Source: Macrostomum lignano
Lineage: Eukaryota
DNA length: 64,000 nucleotides
Assembly: GCA_002269645.1 (NCBI GenBank)
Contig: NIVC01002137.1
Location: forward strand, 1-64,000
Direction of reading: 5' to 3'
Shown here: piece after piece, positions 63,264 to 64,000 of the stretch
How the letters are laid out: every line of letters starts with the position of its first letter
How positions within the stretch are numbered: position 1 is the stretch's first letter
Translations under genes and position numbers: made by a program
Notes under the pieces: generated by a model
Database searches by the model: none
Seen by the model: only the letters and a program-made list of their open reading frames with translations
What the model was told of the DNA's origin: nothing

Positions 63264-63832
63264 CTGCGATTGGGGTTGCAGTGCTGCTGACGTGGCTTCA
63301 GGAACATACTCGCCCTTGGATACTGAGGACTGAGGGTCTGGAATGGAGGCCTAGCAACCCCTGAGAATCTAAAAGGCTGGCCCCAGCAACTCAGGATCTG
63401 GGAGGCTGGCTCGGCAACTGGGGATCTGGGAGGCTGGCCCAGCACCCGTTGGGCTCCAACTCCGACCTTTTGCAACCTGTCGGAGCATTATCGATCCATT
63501 GATCCATCGATCCATCCAATTCAAACCATTGAAATTGAGCTATAACTGATTGTATTTTTGTTACAATTTATTAAAAGTCCATCTCGATAGGATGCCTTTG
63601 TTAAAATCAGGTGCTGGAAAATCGTATTCAAGGCCCAGGTATATACTAGCAAGTATGCTCTCTACACCCAAAAATGCCTCATTCGAATCGATAACGCCAG
63701 CAACAATGGCGAATGCGTCAAGCAACAAAGAAAAATAAGCCGATGACATTAGACGCTGAGCAGCCCTGCAGTTAACCCTGATCGGAGTTCCGACGCGGCC
63801 GAACAAGGCCCAGGGTCTGCAGCACCGGCTGA

Positions 63833-64000
63833 AAAAATCGTGATGTCCTTATCCATGCGCCCATTTTTAATGGTGCAAATTTGAGCGTCTCCGAAGCCGC
63901 CGCTCTTATCGAGAACTTTTCTAAGCAAGTGAAGCTCCACCGTTATGGAAAGGAATCGTTACTCCGTTTGATACTCATACATCGTTTTCTACCTGCGGTC
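63833..64000 (+). mobile_element. Possible EnSpm/CACTA-like transposase fragment running off the window end
   Basis: A plus-strand frame reads APIFNGANLSVSEAAALIENFSKQVKLHRYGKESLLRLILIHRFLP, resembling a recalled 'PLF.GS..TV.EA...I..F...H.L....LL.LI...LP' motif. There is an upstream stop or frameshift. Confidence 0.25.

Noticed and set aside
63993-64000. GACCGCAG|GTAGAA as the end of the preceding TRAPPC8 exon
   Set aside because: It is phase-compatible but only 8 nt long, has a weak donor, and conflicts with the plus-strand transposase-like frame.

Overview
This is animal genomic DNA with GC-rich exons, canonical GT-AG introns and very dense tandem repeats. That style suggests a flatworm such as Macrostomum, which is an inference only. 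Four spliced minus-strand genes were reconstructed by hand: a TRH-receptor-like GPCR (4 exons, 3527-11237), CCDC151/ODAD3 (3 exons, 13816-18773), an SNX25-like sorting nexin (4 exons, 37719-42154) and TRAPPC8 (10 exons, 45423-63263, 5' end outside the window). The plus strand carries an intronless orphan rhodopsin GPCR (30421-31749) and three intronless secreted six-cysteine genes with an IL-17/noggin/trunk-like cystine-knot pattern (21396-21983, 24357-24932, 25933-26506). The third copy is ~99% identical to the first only across the coding region and has two 1-bp deletions. All 13 introns over 500 bp contain tandem arrays and the 4 short introns contain none. Other elements are two tRNA-derived SINE families, an interstitial TTAGGG tract, a 13x TGACGTCA (CRE) array and a probable GC-AG intron. 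Most long ORFs in the supplied track are repeat artefacts. All homology calls come from recalled family sequences; no database search was run.
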